From contig JBEWZL010000044.1 in assembly GCA_045837725.1 (NCBI GenBank), positions 186,001-250,000 on the forward strand: a stretch of DNA of 64,000 nucleotides, read 5' to 3'. The stretch's first letter is position 1, and every line of letters starts with the position of its first letter. Below are positions 24,613-38,494 of this stretch, in pieces. Made by a program: the position numbers and the translations under genes. The notes below the pieces were generated by a model. It was not told the origin of the DNA. It saw only the letters and a program-made list of their open reading frames with translations, and ran no database searches. Source of the DNA: Vermamoeba vermiformis. Its lineage: Eukaryota.

Positions 24613-25454
24613 TTAATGAGATACCGTGGCTATTTTGATGCAAAAACTCGCTTCTTTGTCGATCTGGTCGTAGTATGCTTTTTGCTTGGCCAAGTAAGCT
24701 TCGAGTTCGCGCTCTTTCTCTCGCTCTCGTTGCACTCGTTTACGCTCGCGGCCTTGCTTCTCGATCATACGCTGTTGTCGCTTGATATCGATATAGAGGT
24801 CCGCATCCATTTCCAAATCCACGACGTTCGCATCCAACTGTTGCAACGGAGCGCGACCCAAAAACGAGAAAGGATCGCCAATACGTTGTTTCTTCGTATA
24901 GGACTTGACGTTATTGCCAGACTGGCTTAGAATACGTTTCTTTCGGCACATGTAATGAAACTTGTAGTCGCAGTCGACCGGATACAGAACCCCGTAAGTT
25001 CTGTCGTAAATGTCTTGCCATAAGAGCTTGTCCTCGCTAATGAATGAAAATCGTTTGCAGACACATGCCAGGCTCGTCAAGTCTTTTACAGTGGTCAGAT
25101 ACGAAAAGATCTGCAGCAGAAGCTCATCTGGCATACTCTTCAACGCGAACATATCTGGCCTATATTAGAATAACGTTAATATATTTGCTCCAACTTGTGA
25201 AATAATAATTGCACGTAGTTTAGCACTCGAATCTGAGATGCCGCAAGTAAATCTGCTTACCTGAGCGATAAATTGCGCACCACGACCTTCCTTCGCGCAG
25301 GACTTCGCAATAATGTTCTTTTGATAGGGCTTTGGTCGACAGGCAAGTTGACTAAATTTACAACTTGCTCAGATGTAGATTCGTGCTCGTCAAACCAGCC
25401 GTACACGTAGCTAATATTTCTTTTGCGTGGCACTTTCAATAATACTTTCTTCAT
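24613..25454 (-). CDS. F-box protein with C-terminal coiled coil, 2 exons
   Basis: Exon 25454-25261 splices to RPDMFALKSMPDELLLQIFSYLTTVKDLTSLACVCKRFSFISEDKLLW; charged tail RERKRVQREREKERELE. Confidence 0.85.
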
Positions 25455-25766
25455 GCTGTGTGGTTGCGCCTTTTCGTTCGTAATTAATAAAAAAAGGCTC
25501 TGTCGTCTTTTTCCTTTTTTGAATTTTTGAGCGGGAATTTTGGCTCGTGTAACGGCTAACTTGAAAAAAAATAAACAGCCAGCTTGTCCTATTTAAATTT
25601 TATGCATAAACATCACTACTTAAACTTACGTCATCATTAATATTCGTGATATTCTTCGTTCCGTTGTTCTGCTGATAAGTGGTGCGGATTGCTAGGCGAT
25701 GAGTCGGATGACGAGATGCGGTTAGAAAAAAACAGTATTTATTGCTATAATATGAAATATAATAAA

Positions 25767-26627
25767 TTAGTCCAAACCAAGCATCTTCTTGATGCGTTGC
25801 ATAATGTAGTCCTTGGCAGGATCGTAAGGATGATCTTTGCTCGGGATTTCCAACAGTGTCGGTAACAGTTGTTCATAATCATCTAACAAAAAGCGAATAT
25901 CTTCGGCAATCTATAAATAATATTGTTAGTATTATTCTCGCTTGTTTTGAAATGTAACGGATTCGTTGATCGATCCAAAAAATGTGCAGAACTTGCAGCA
26001 CATCTCATAACATTATTTGCGTGGAATTATTTTTGTATAGTCTATTGGCACGTGTATTATTGTCGGATAATATGACAGAGGTAGTGGTTATTGGAAACTT
26101 CAATAATTATCCGAGATGCGTTTGATCGCTGCTTGGTGTAATTCGTCTCGCTTATAATCTGCATAGTTATGTTCTATCATATTACATACATTTTGACTAA
26201 TTAATAACACGGCAATATCATCTCGGGCAGTGAAAGCTTTGAATGCATCGACAATTTGTTGTTGAGTAGTTTCTATTGTAAAATGAAAATTACAATTAAT
26301 ATAATATTATATCGATGTGTTTAGTGCTTTGATTGAATTGTTGAGACTATTGAATCGAATCCAGCCAACGATCTTCAATAATAAATATCCTTACTTGAAT
26401 CAACGACGAGGAAATTTTTTTGTCTGCTAGCGTCAATATGACCAATACCAGCCAATAAAAAGCCAGTTACAGTGTCCTATTTAGAAATTAATACAACATT
26501 TTTAATGATTTATTCGGATGAAAATCGAAAATTCTAGCGCATCTTCGAGTAACGTCTTATTTACCTCATCAGCAATCATAGCAACGAGGCCATTATCGTT
26601 AGACTTAATCTTATGTTTTCCAGCCAT
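25767..26627 (-). CDS. ATP6V1F: V-type proton ATPase subunit F, 4 exons
   Basis: LVAMIADE|DTVTGFLLAGIG...NFLVVD...FTARDDIAVLLISQN|IAEDIR...LEIPSKDHPYDPAKD; highly conserved Vma7/subunit F sequence. Confidence 0.95.
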
Positions 26628-26814
26628 TATTGTGTCTTCGCTAATAAAATAAAACCGGATGCAGGTGTTTTTTTTGACTGGTTCGTTTTGCGAAAGAATT
26701 TTGCGCAAGAAAATGAAAAATCAACCCGAAACCTTTCAGTTCAGTTCGCACCGTGCATGACCTGGAAGGCACAAACCTAATATTTGTAATTTTTCGGTCA
26801 GAAGAAAAAACCAG

Positions 26815-29145
26815 ATGGAAGTTGATCAACCAATGCATCCGCTCAAAAAGCGGAAATTAATGCGCGATAGTTTGGAGAAACGCGAACAGGTAATATTTTA
26901 TACTTAAAAGAAAGCATTAATTTTGCTTGGTGTGAGCTGCAGATATTTTTTTAAATTTTCTTACTTCGATCAAACGGAGAAAAAATTCTTCTTTAATTGC
27001 TATAATTTTAAATAATACTCCATGAAGTATTATAGCATATTTAAGGGAATTTTATTTATTTTCTGTGCATAAAATTTCTTGGCGCCTACTCACACCTATT
27101 TTTCTGTTAAAAGTCCTTCACAAAGCCTTACAATATTTATTTCGTATTAACTATAAGTCATAATATTATAATATTGCAATTTTAAGCGTTATTTTTCGCG
27201 CCGTAATTTTTGGCGGATTTTTTTGAGATCACGAGCCTTTAATATTCTTTTGACGTCTCAGCATTTAATTATAAGCTATTTCTATTATTAATTTATACTA
27301 TTATAGATGGAGATCGGCCAAGCAAATTTAAACGGTCAAGCACAGCCTTTCAGCGGAGTCCCATCTGCACCACCTACATCCAGTCCAAATCCAACACTTC
27401 CCCAACAAATGCCTACCACCAATGTTAATAATACTACAACTATAAATATACAACAACATACTGGTGGAAATGAATCAGAATTATCGATGAACAGCAAAGA
27501 AGAAAATTACGATGATGAAGAATTCGACGAAGAAGATGACGAGGAAAATCAAGCGTTAATGCAAGGCGATTATAATATTCATGTAGCTACTGAATATAAG
27601 AGCGAGGAGGTCGATGAAGATGTGCCTTATTATACAGATAATGGTACGTAATGATATTTTTTTTGACCGGATCGAGCACGGATCTTACGTCACCAAAATT
27701 TCTAAACTATAGTTTTATAATATATCATTTTGCATATAAGTCAATAATAGCCGACGCCTTCTCCATACTGCATACTAATATAGGTATTAAATTAATATAG
27801 AAATCGATGAATTGTGGACGCGGTTAACGGACGAAAACAAATCAATTTTGATCAAACAATTGCTGCGAAAACATCCTGAAGACGTTAAAGACCTATATAA
27901 ACTCGCCGATAATGTAAGTTTACGTTCATATATAACTTACTAGCAATTAGAAATTTTTTCTGCATCCGGTCAGAAAATAATTTATTTTGACCGGATCTCA
28001 ATACTTTTATATCGTTGCTAGTATGTTATCAACATATGGATATATAGTATATATTTATTAATATTATTATTAGGACACAAATGTTATTGGCTTCATCAAA
28101 CAAGAATTTAAAGTTATTGAAGACAACTTGGCGGCTGCAATTAGGATAGACTACGAGTAAGTTGATTATAGCGCCTATCATATTTATATCTATATAAGAT
28201 ATGACTTCTATCAATATACGATTGATTGCATTGGCTAATGCTGTTTTTCAGCAAATTTATCGAAGCAGATCTGAAAGACGCAGCAAAGAGAGAAAAATAC
28301 AAAAATGATATTTCATCAAGGTAATGAAACGACGAACGAATAGTCATGTATATTAATATCGTATATATATTATTATGTTTGATTTTGTACTTAAAACCGG
28401 ATCGCAAATAGTTGATCCAGATCTGCACCAACGGATCTAGCCACCTTAAGTTTCGATTTAGCCGATATTAATACCATTATAATTATAGGAGTGACAACCA
28501 CTACTTGGACGAGGTCGTGAAAGAAGGACTAGGTTTCTTTTGGAAATTATTGGACACATGCCGCGAGTACTTTCATACCGGAAAAATCGCTTCTGGTATC
28601 TTAATATTTAATCAAGTCATTGCGCTCTTTGCGGCTAGTGCCATTACTAAACAAGGTAAGTGGTCGTTGAGTCTAAAAATAGACACACTTCGGTTGAAAA
28701 ATTAGCTCAACATGCGAGTTAACGCGGATCTGATAATTCCAAAAAACTCTTCAAATTTCTTTTCCGATTGAACATTATTATATCTACGCTCATTATATGC
28801 ACATACTATAGTGTCATAATATTTTTCTGAGACCGTAAAAACATAAATTCAAAAAAATAGATCCGCTACATCTACTTCGCCGGCGTAAATTTACGTTTAA
28901 AAGTTTATTTTCTACTATTGTTAACAACAATTGTAGGCTATGCAAATGCCGCTGAAGAGACAGAAGTTAGCAACAGATTAATTAAGACAGTGACGCGTTA
29001 TCTCGAAACAGAAGTGCGTGATTCAGTGAACAAAGAGTTATTGAACAACATTGAAGAAAACTTTGCAGAAAATTTCAACGATGAATCAGTTCGAACAAAA
29101 TTCGTTAAGAACTTTAAGAACTTGCGAAAAGAACTTAACTTTTAG
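26815..29145 (+). CDS. Hypothetical multi-exon protein (basic NLS-like start, Pro/Asn-rich and acidic region, helical C-terminus)
   Basis: ATG at 26815 (MEVDQPMHPLKKRKL), several GT-AG-bounded exons, stop at 29145; no family recognised. Confidence 0.55.
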
Positions 29146-29460
29146 AGTTTCGTTCGCGGGTTTGTGCGCATAAAATTAGAACGCTTTTCTTGTAATTATT
29201 AACAAAATAAAAATTAAACGGACTTAATGTCCATAAAACTACGGTTTATCTCGAAAGTTGAAGATCCGGCGAACTCTTGCAACGCATCCACAAAACCTCG
29301 TTTATAGAAGTGGCGTCATTAATGTGGTCGTTGCAGGATTTCAAGGAAATATGCGAAAGAATAAGCCGTATTGCAAGCTAAGCGTTGCTGTTTCTGGATG
29401 CGTAGTCCGAATTGGAGTACTTATTTTTTTATTATTTTCATTAGACGCAACAACACTACA

Positions 29461-30893
29461 ATGGATAAAAAAATCATTTTAGTGTGCGCTTTACTCCTTC
29501 TTACATTGTCTTTCGTGTCCTGCTTGCATCAGCCGTTCACAAAAGGAAATCTGTTGGCGCTCAAGAAAAACGGTAAGATCTGCTGTATTTTATTGTATAT
29601 TTTATACTTATTAAGTATTTAGTTAATTCTATTAGCGAGAATATTCGATGTGCTGCAGGAGGCTTTGTCGAATTTACGCCGGCTGGTCAGATCGTGCAAG
29701 AAGTTCTTCTTCCTACCTACTCAACGTAAGAAATACCAGTCATTACTGTCAACAAGTTATTATATTAATATATCATATTTTTATTACACCTTAGAGATGA
29801 ACATCAAGCTTGCCTGCTCTTCAGTGGCGATTATAATAGTCGACATACTATTGCTACGGATGGGCTTCGTGTGATCATCCCTTGCTGCAATGTGAATGAA
29901 GACCCTACTATACCTACATTGGTTAGCTTTGCTATTGTGCACGGCGATGGCCGCTTCGAAACTACTCCGATCTTGAACAACACGATTAATCACCGGCCCG
30001 TTAACTCCGTTATGGATGGCGATGATATCTGGTATAGCTATGGAGATTTTTTATTTTACGCGCCAGCTACCTCCACCGTCACAACGCAGATCTTCACCGG
30101 ATCGGTCTTCGCGCTTCAGATCCACGAGGGAAATCTCTTCACGTCCAACTTTGATACCTTTCCAGGCTCACTTGCTCAAGTCGGAACTGGTCTACCTAAA
30201 GAACTCACGACAGATAGGGTGGATTTATTAGAACACAACGACGTCAACAGCTTTTTGTTCCTTGGCGAGCTCGTGGTTTTGAGTCTCTATCCTGAGGGCT
30301 TGAAGATCTACAACGTGACTTCTGGAGAGCTAGTTCTTGGTTCTAGTGGCACCCGCGAGATAGTTCAATTTGTCCCGCTGTTCGAGCAAAACAAAGTCAT
30401 CGCGCATGTCGCGGGGTTTGACGGCCGAACGCCTGCAATCTACTCATTCCCTTGGAGCGAAACTAACAACATTGGCACATTAGACACGGCTACTATATTG
30501 TTGAAGACTACTGCCGATGGATTCTATTACTACAGTCCCACATTCGTGCCCATCAACAGCTGTGAGGACGGCAAGAAAAACAACGACGAGACTGACGTGG
30601 ACTGTGGCGGCTCATTCTGCTCGCAGAGGTGTGACGGAGGCAAACAATGCTTGACTGACAACGACTGCGTGTCAAGTGGGTGCACCAACAACGTTTGCGA
30701 TGTTGCTGAGCCTGACGCTTCGACTAGCCCGTCAAACAGACCTCAGGCTACTTTTACTTCGTCGGCGAGTTTGTTTGCAGCCTATTTGGCTTCAATCACT
30801 TTGATTTCCTTTGTGTTAGTGGACAGCGGCGGTCCTTCGTGCAATCAAAATTCGAGAATGCGGTCTAAGCCGTGCAACTCGTCAAAAACTTAA
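29461..30893 (+). CDS. Secreted/cell-surface protein with Cys-rich ETDVDCGG module and hydrophobic C-terminal segment
   Basis: Signal peptide MDKKIILVCALLLLTLSFVSC; CEDGKKNNDETDVDCGGSFCSQRCDGGKQCLTDNDCVSSGCTNNVC; S/T/P linker, then LFAAYLASITLISFVLV. Confidence 0.75.
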
Positions 30894-31069
30894 TGGCGGA
30901 ATTGAAGTACGTCACATACGCCACATGTGTGCGTGCACCCACGAGGCCTAAAAGCAGAATTTGATTCAATTTCAAAACAATAACAAACCCAGACACAACA
31001 ACACAACTCTCCATGCTCCAACAAGTTATTCTTTGCACCTTACTTTGTAAGATTTATCGACTTTACGTA

Positions 31070-33994
31070 TTACAGATCCGAACAAAAGTCAAATATAACC
31101 GTCTTAAGACCATGCTGGAAGTTAGACGCTAAGTACCGTTTGTTGACTGCAACAGGAGATAACGCGTCGTGATATCGTTGAGCTTTGAACTCACTTTGGT
31201 GGATCCACTCGAACTTTTGCGAAGGCAGATGAAACGATGCCAATAGCTCTGAATTGCGACTTCGAGCTACTATGCGCGTTGAAGATACGCAGTATTCTTC
31301 GTGGGCATGACGCGACTTAAACAAGTTATGGTTAGTTATCTTTGAAAACGGATTTGGATCTGATCCACTTACCGGAAGAAGCTTATGTTCGGACCATAGT
31401 ATATTGCCTGTACGTAAGTCAATGAAGCCGTTCGGGCAGCTAGATGAATATTCTTGAAAGAACAAGGTGTATTCATCCACAGCCTCCAAAATGCTGAAGT
31501 CGTAATTGCTGTAATTTGGTAGTTTTGAAAGTAGCTCGTATTGATAATTATAGACTTCTAATTGATTCGTAAGGCTTATCTTCGTAAATGTACGATTGAA
31601 CGGGTTGACCGTCACACCAGCAAATCGGCTGACAAAATTTTGTTCGTTTTTCCGAAAAAGAAATTGATCTACTTCCACATCGTACAGAAGCGCGTCTGTA
31701 AGTTACAAACATTAGTTAGTAAATTCAATTAATTTTTTCTGAGAATTTCGAGCTTAATTTTTTCTTACCCCTATTAATCAAGACTCGATGGTCAATCGGT
31801 TTGACGAAGTCAACGTAGCCACCATAATCTTTTAAGACTTTTTTGGCATTCTGAGGTATCGCATCTTCACCGTTGGAACGAATGGCAAATAGCGGTGCTG
31901 GATGCGAACTGTACTGTAATCTCGTGTAAATTACTGGCGGCACTTTTCCTTGCGAATAAGTGTTTAACAGAGCAAGGGGCTTAGCGTAAGTGCCAAGCGG
32001 TGGTTCCTGAAAGTATTCCTCGTGCGTATGGCAATTCCAGTACGAAAAATTTTGATACGCCGAACGAGAAAGTAGCCAATTTTCGTCCATTAAAAGCGGG
32101 GTTTTGCCAGGAAGAGTGATAGTATTATATTTCTTCTTTCGCCAATTAACTAGACCTCTGTAATAAAACCAATGATCAGATCTTATTGAAATTAAAGAAA
32201 AATACGGATCTGATAAAAAAACAGCCCTATGAATTTTAAAAAATACGATTACATAGTAAAAGAGGTGCTTACTTGGTTTCTTGAACAAATTTATCTTTGT
32301 ACGAAGACCCTTGCCAATTGCCAGATCCGATCTTGAAATGTCTTTCATAATATTCCTTCCAAAACGCTTCATTCGATATTTTCTTTATAAATTCCATCAT
32401 TGTCTTGCTTGCTACTGAAAATCGTTTCAAATCAAATGGTTCTACGTTCAACATTATTAGCGACAAGATCTCAGTCGGAAGAACCGAAATTTCCATCGTT
32501 TTGTTCTTATTGCAGGTATTAATACTAGAATCGACCACGTTATTCTTTTCTTTGATTTTTTGCTTTTTTTGGTCTTCAACAAACCACAACATTTGACTGA
32601 GATCTGGAACTTCTCTGCTGGTGAAGTGCAGCACGTCCATGTGCATGCCACATTGAATCAAATAGGCTTTGAGCACGAAGTCATTGTAAAAATTTCTTGA
32701 GCCATGATAGAGCTGTTCTAAAGTATCTTGTTTGCCTTCTTTTGCTAGCCGAGCTAATGCATCCAGCACCTGACTTGGGATGAAAAAGTCAACTCTTAGT
32801 CCTTCTCTGACGATTGATATGGCAGGCACAACGCCTTCGTGGTAGCTTCTAATGGCATAGTACAAAGTTAGTACTCATTGAGAAAAAAAATTGCGAGATT
32901 AATTCTCAGAAAAAAAATCTCTAAGTGGTCAACTCGATATCTTGCTAATATACGAAAGCTACCACAATCATTAAAGTATAGCTCGTCTCATTATAAGCGC
33001 TAAAATACGCGTACCTTGCAGTGAGTATTCGATAAATTTGATCTTCAGAAGCGTGCGATGACACGAAGTCTAAGCATCGTTTGAACATTTTGACGCGCAC
33101 AGTTTTGGAATTTAGCACGCAAAAATGCATGACATTGCGGCCCATATCATCATTATCTAATAATTAAATCATTTAGAAGTCACAAAGATGAGGAGCATGT
33201 CGCGCATCTTACCTTCAAGCATCGATGGAAAATGTTTGATAAAGTGTTCAGCAATATCAAGGCTTCCCTTCTGAATTATTTCTCGAGAAAAAAATTCGAC
33301 AGATATGGACTTATTATTGATAAATTTGTTATCCAACAGCCACGCGATCAGATCTTTCTTCGGTTTTCTTCTCAATTTACTATTGAATACGCAATCAAAC
33401 AACGAACCTGCTCTAAACATTAATATTGATTGATTTAATATATTCCTTACCTTCATTGTTCGATTTGAGTTTTGCGCCAAGCAATAAAGCTGCAGCAAAA
33501 AATTTAGGCCTTTCGACGAGAGAAGCAACGTCAATTTCTTCTTTGTAGCGAGACAAAAAGCTTAATTTTGAAGCGAATCTCTTTGCTCTTATTTTTTTGT
33601 GCCTATTCTTCTGGGACAACAAAAAATCTTCAAGTAGATCTGTTACACGAAGCGCCAATTAGCTAATTTAATTTCCGACGCAATCAACGGTCACTTACCA
33701 AGCATTTTTAGCCAGCTGAACGCATTGTCATCGTTACAATATTTTTGATGCGATCTTGCAAGCAGAATAAAGGCAGTTTCTTTTGAGATCGTTGTAAAAA
33801 CCTTTTAAAAATGTTAAAAATTGCCAAAAAATACTAATTAATATTACCAATTCTAGCACCGTCTTTCCATTCTCTTTTGATCGAAGAAACTCGTTGATTT
33901 CATTGGGACTGAGAGTTTCGATTATTATCTTAATTTTTTCCTGCTCTAGATTGGATTCAATCGCCTTGCGAAGCTCCGCGATCTTGTTGCTCAT
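31070..33994 (-). CDS. Ankyrin-like + F-box + beta-propeller-like protein (family copy 3)
   Basis: DDMGRNVMHFC; ISVLPTEILSLIMLNVEPFDLKRFSVASK; NWRKKKY..LLMDENWL..YWNCHT; VNPFN; GFIDLRTG; ASFHLPSQKFEW. Confidence 0.75.
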
Positions 33995-34420
33995 TTAAAA
34001 GGACGTAATAATTGCAAAATCGCGTCTGACGTTGCGAACTGTGCTAGTGCAGCAAAAAAAATAGCAAAACTGATTCTCGCGATACTTTTCTTTTAAGCCG
34101 AACAAAGCACCAAGCAGCCGTTATTAAATTAATATATGGAGTGAAGACGGTAGTTAGTCATAATGCTCCCCTGCAAATGAAGTGTGCGAATCTCGTAGCG
34201 GGACGGATCTGTCCCGTCTTCAAATGAAGCCGGCTCCAACTATTTGACGAAATTGACTAAGAATAAATACGAAAATTACAATTGGCATTGAAAATGTGAC
34301 AATAGCGCTCGTAATAATTGTTCCGGACAAAAGTTAACCCGATCACGATGGTATTCGGATTGCAAAGCGTGCCTGTACGTGTTAGGTCCTTTAATCAGCT
34401 ACAACGAACGATAATATACG

Positions 34421-35194
34421 ATGGGAGTCATCAATAATTTGAATAAGCTTGGCAGTTGGAAGATATTTAGTGTATTTTTCACGTTGTGGATGGCAAATAA
34501 CTACAGAATCTACCAGTAAGTTTGCGGATATTTAATAATTATTTAATTAGCAATTACAAGATTTATGATAAATTTTGGGGCAATTTTAACGCCGTGATTA
34601 TTCAGATTTAAAGTTGCAGTTATGGATCCCGCATTGAAAGGCCGTCCGGTAAAGCAAACCACCCTTTTGCATTGAAGAACGTACCTAAAATTTATTTTAT
34701 GCAGATTCGAATGCCTGATTCGCAAATTGGCCTGACTTTGACGTCCATCCGTCAATTTTTTCAGCACGGACCAGAAATCCAGGACGCCTTCGAGAAGTTT
34801 GCTACCGGAGGCTATGACCTATTATTCCCCATATTGTAAGTAGTTATAGAACCGAATTACAGACCTAATACTTTCTTTTAGTCTGCACCTGTTTTCGATC
34901 AGCTTGTTCTCGATCTTTTACCGCGGATCTAAAGTCGGTTTGATTCCTATTTTATGCTTTATTGCAGACATGATAGAGAATTATACACTATACATCATGC
35001 TTGGTATATATCGACTTGATGGCTTGACGGATTCGGTCGAAAACAACAATTTGGCTCGACAAGCTAACATCGCTAATGTATCGAAATATATTATGGTGTT
35101 TATTATAGTATTGCTTATCGTATATGGATCTATTCGTCAAATATACCGCTCGTTGACTTCTCGACCTACGAAATTGAAGATCAAGCGAGCGTAG
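34421..35194 (+). CDS. Small polytopic membrane protein of unknown function, 4 exons
   Basis: MGVINNLNKLGSWKIFSVFFTLW...; exons join in frame through YDLLFPI and LIPILCFIADMIENY; several hydrophobic segments. Confidence 0.6.
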
Positions 35195-35404
35195 CGAAAC
35201 TTTTAAGCCTTAATCCTTCATAATGGATTATAGCGAAGGATCATTAATGTTTTAAACTTAACTCCTTATAATAATGCACATTATTTCTGGATAATAAAAT
35301 AATTTACCTTTTCTAATTTGTAACGGATCCGATCGCTCGTTGAAGCGACAATAGAATTTAAGAGAATATTATACATTATATTTATCATAATTGTACAATG
35401 GTAT

Positions 35405-37068
35405 TTACATGGTTAGCTTGTCTTCACCGTGTTCTATTTGAGACAGTAGCCGATTTCGCGCGCACATAACAATATCGTTCAACGGATCTTGCTTGAGCGC
35501 CATACTGCAATATTCTACTGCTTCATAATAACATCCCATATGTATTTTGACCTTGACAAGACCCCAATACGCTTCTAAAGTTGGTAGCAGATCTACTGAT
35601 TTTTTGAACGAAATTTCCGCTAATCGTGGTTTGTTCTGTTTCAAGTATATAGAGCCTATTTTATAATAATAATCCGCTGCTTCATCGTTGTCCATATTAA
35701 GCGCTGTATAAAGCTCTTTGATAGCTTCGTCGTATTTGCTAGGAAATGCGTACTCAAGTGCTGTCGCTTTTTGTAAATGAACATTTGCAGAATTGAGTTC
35801 TGGTTTGGCTAAAATCTCGTCTATAATCTCCAAAGCTTTTTCCGTACTACTATAATTCCGATAATATTCCGCTCTTGCAAGTAAGACTTGTTCATTTTTC
35901 GGCTCGATCTCCGCAGCCCGATCCATTAATTCAAATCCTTCTTCTTCACGATTTAATATTGCCAAATAGTTTGCTTTGACCATAAGTGTTTTGCTAGAGT
36001 TCGGATATAATTTAATAATATTGTCGAATTCGTCCAGCGCTAGATCGGCCTCGCCCTTCCGCTGCCATATGCTTGCTTTTACTAATAAAACTTCTTCAGT
36101 CGGGACTGTCTGAATAAGACTATCAATAGTCTGCAAAGCATTGTCATATCTCGCGTCATTAGACTGTGCAATCGCTTTGTTCATGAGCCCATCCGCATCT
36201 TCTCTGATCAACAAAGCTCTATCGTACCAATCAATAGCATCTTCAAATTGTGAAATAGCATTATAACAATTTCCTAAATTGATCATAGCGTCGACAAAAT
36301 AGGGATTTAAGTCTATTGCTCGACGGTAAAGTTCGATCGCAGATTCCATCCGCTGAAATTGTTCTTCATGGTAGGCGCGAACATAAATAAAATAGGCGTT
36401 ATTAGGCTCCGATTTGACCATTTCTTCTGCACGTTGAATCTTTTGAATATTACGAAATGGCGTCATGTGATACATCAAAACAAGCAGCCAAATCCGCTCA
36501 TGATCTGTTGAAGCAAAATGGTGTCGTAGATAATCCACTTGTTCTATTAATTTTTCGGGCTTCTTTTGATTTTTTATCCATTTTGCGATTATTGGAGTAA
36601 TTTGCGCGCCTAGTGAGTCTTCTATTGGAATGTTATTTTTAGAAATAAAATTCTGCACCAGATCTTCAATAATGGACCATTTTTCGAGCTTTTCTGCATT
36701 TTTAAATAACCTAAATATCCAAACTATGCCAAATACGTTCAACTCTTGGTTTAAGTGTTGAAGCAAAAGTTCTTCTGCGCTTTTATAATCACCAGTGTTT
36801 GTGCAATCTAATATTTCACGCCACACGCCTTTCACCGTAATGCTCTAATTATATTAAAATCAATAAGAATAATAAGAATAATAAGAAAAATAAGAAAAAT
36901 AATGATAGAATTTGTGGAGTTGCGAATCTACGAAAATGAATCGTTTAATTCAGTTAGGAATATATTACAATAACAATCAGCACTAATTGTGATTTTTAAA
37001 TAGCATTCAAGCTTTAAACGGATTTGGCACGAACTGATTTTTATTACGCACCTCTTGCAAATCCTCCA
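35405..37068 (-). CDS. Tetratricopeptide-repeat protein
   Basis: Short first exon MEDLQE, then a long ORF with TPRs (AIELYRRAIDLNPYFVDAMINLGNCY, YYYKIGSIYL, ALKQDP). Confidence 0.88.
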
Positions 37069-37676
37069 TTCACCAAGATTAACTGACACGTGAGTAGTTA
37101 CTGCATATTTGATATGTCACAGCTCACTACTGGTGCTGCTCACAATTAAAAAGGCGCAAGACTGGGACCGTTTTCTGGTGACCTGCGAAAATCATGAACA
37201 CCAAAATCATTTCTCTTCTTTTTTATATGATGAAGACATAATTCAATTGATATTTCGCAAAAATTTATTCTCCGAAGGTAAGGTGTTTAATTTATTATTT
37301 GAACGTTTAAATTTGCTCGATCTGGTCAACACGAAACCGAAACACTTTCAATTTTGCAAGGTACCATAATACTTGATTAATTTTGGTGATTTTTATTCGT
37401 GCAAAGGATATTTTTTTCCTTTCGTATCGCGAATTCCGTGTTCCGCTTCCGGTTTTACTTTTAATAAAATCGGCGATTAAACCATTCATTTCAACTAACT
37501 ACAACTCTACTATAGCACTTCACGAAGAATTTGTGCTCGATAATGAAGAACAGTCAGCATCGTAAGATCAAGTACTCGATCATGTTTTTTCAACCTGGAT
37601 TTAACCTTAACCTTCAGAAAACGGACGAAGTAGTTTAAAATCCGCGTCATTATTTACGGACATAACGAGGACAATT

Positions 37677-38391
37677 ATGACGCTGCGATGGATCGCTCTT
37701 TTGGTCTCGATCTTTTTCGTCGTTGTTTATGTTGGCTTAGTTCTCTCGTTACCACCGATCAACTTGCTACTAAAGGTCTATCCTAACTTTTTGACTCGAG
37801 TTGGATTCTATTTTCACGCCTATCCTGGCTCCATATGGCTGATCTTGGGTGCCCTGCAATTTTTTTCCTCCATCCGCGCTAACAATCCGAAAGCGCACCG
37901 GATAATGGGAAGAATAGCGATTATATGCTTGTTTATATCTACTATTGGAGGTTTGATAATTTGTTACACGGGAGAAACTGAAGGTGGCTTAAGTTTGGTT
38001 ATTTCGGGCTATTTCTTTTTTCCTCAATGGATCTTATGCGTAAGTTACTAATTATTTGATCAATTATACTAATTGAATTATATAGGCATATAAAGGCTGG
38101 TACTATATTAAAAAAGACCGTAACATCACATTACACCGAGAATGGATGACTCGCGCGTACTGCTGGTCCTACTCTATTGTACTAATGCGTCCTGGTGTCG
38201 GTGTAATGCGTACATTTCACGTGCTAGTGTTCGGACAGCATATTACTAATGGCCAAGCTCTCGCTATCGTCGCGCCTACCTTCTTTTTAGCTGCAGCGTT
38301 TTTGACCGAATTCTACATCCGTTCTACGAGGACTAAAACAGCGGTGTCTTCGAACAAAGATAATGTAAAAAGTGTATATAAATTGGAATAG
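37677..38391 (+). CDS. DUF2306-like membrane protein, 2 exons
   Basis: FHAYPGSIWLILGALQF..IR...PKAHRIMGR and HREWMTRAY motifs; multiple TM helices. Confidence 0.75.
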
Positions 38392-38494
38392 TAGCATTCT
38401 TCATCTACGTTGCATGCTAGATCCTTCAAAACCGATCCAGATTCGGATCGTTCTTCAGATCTGATCCTTTGTCTTTGATATGATAACAAATCAC

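Noticed and set aside
36862-36900. aataagaat/aataagaaa tandem repeat
   Set aside because: Ordinary intronic microsatellite; likewise the poly-T at about 61874-61890.
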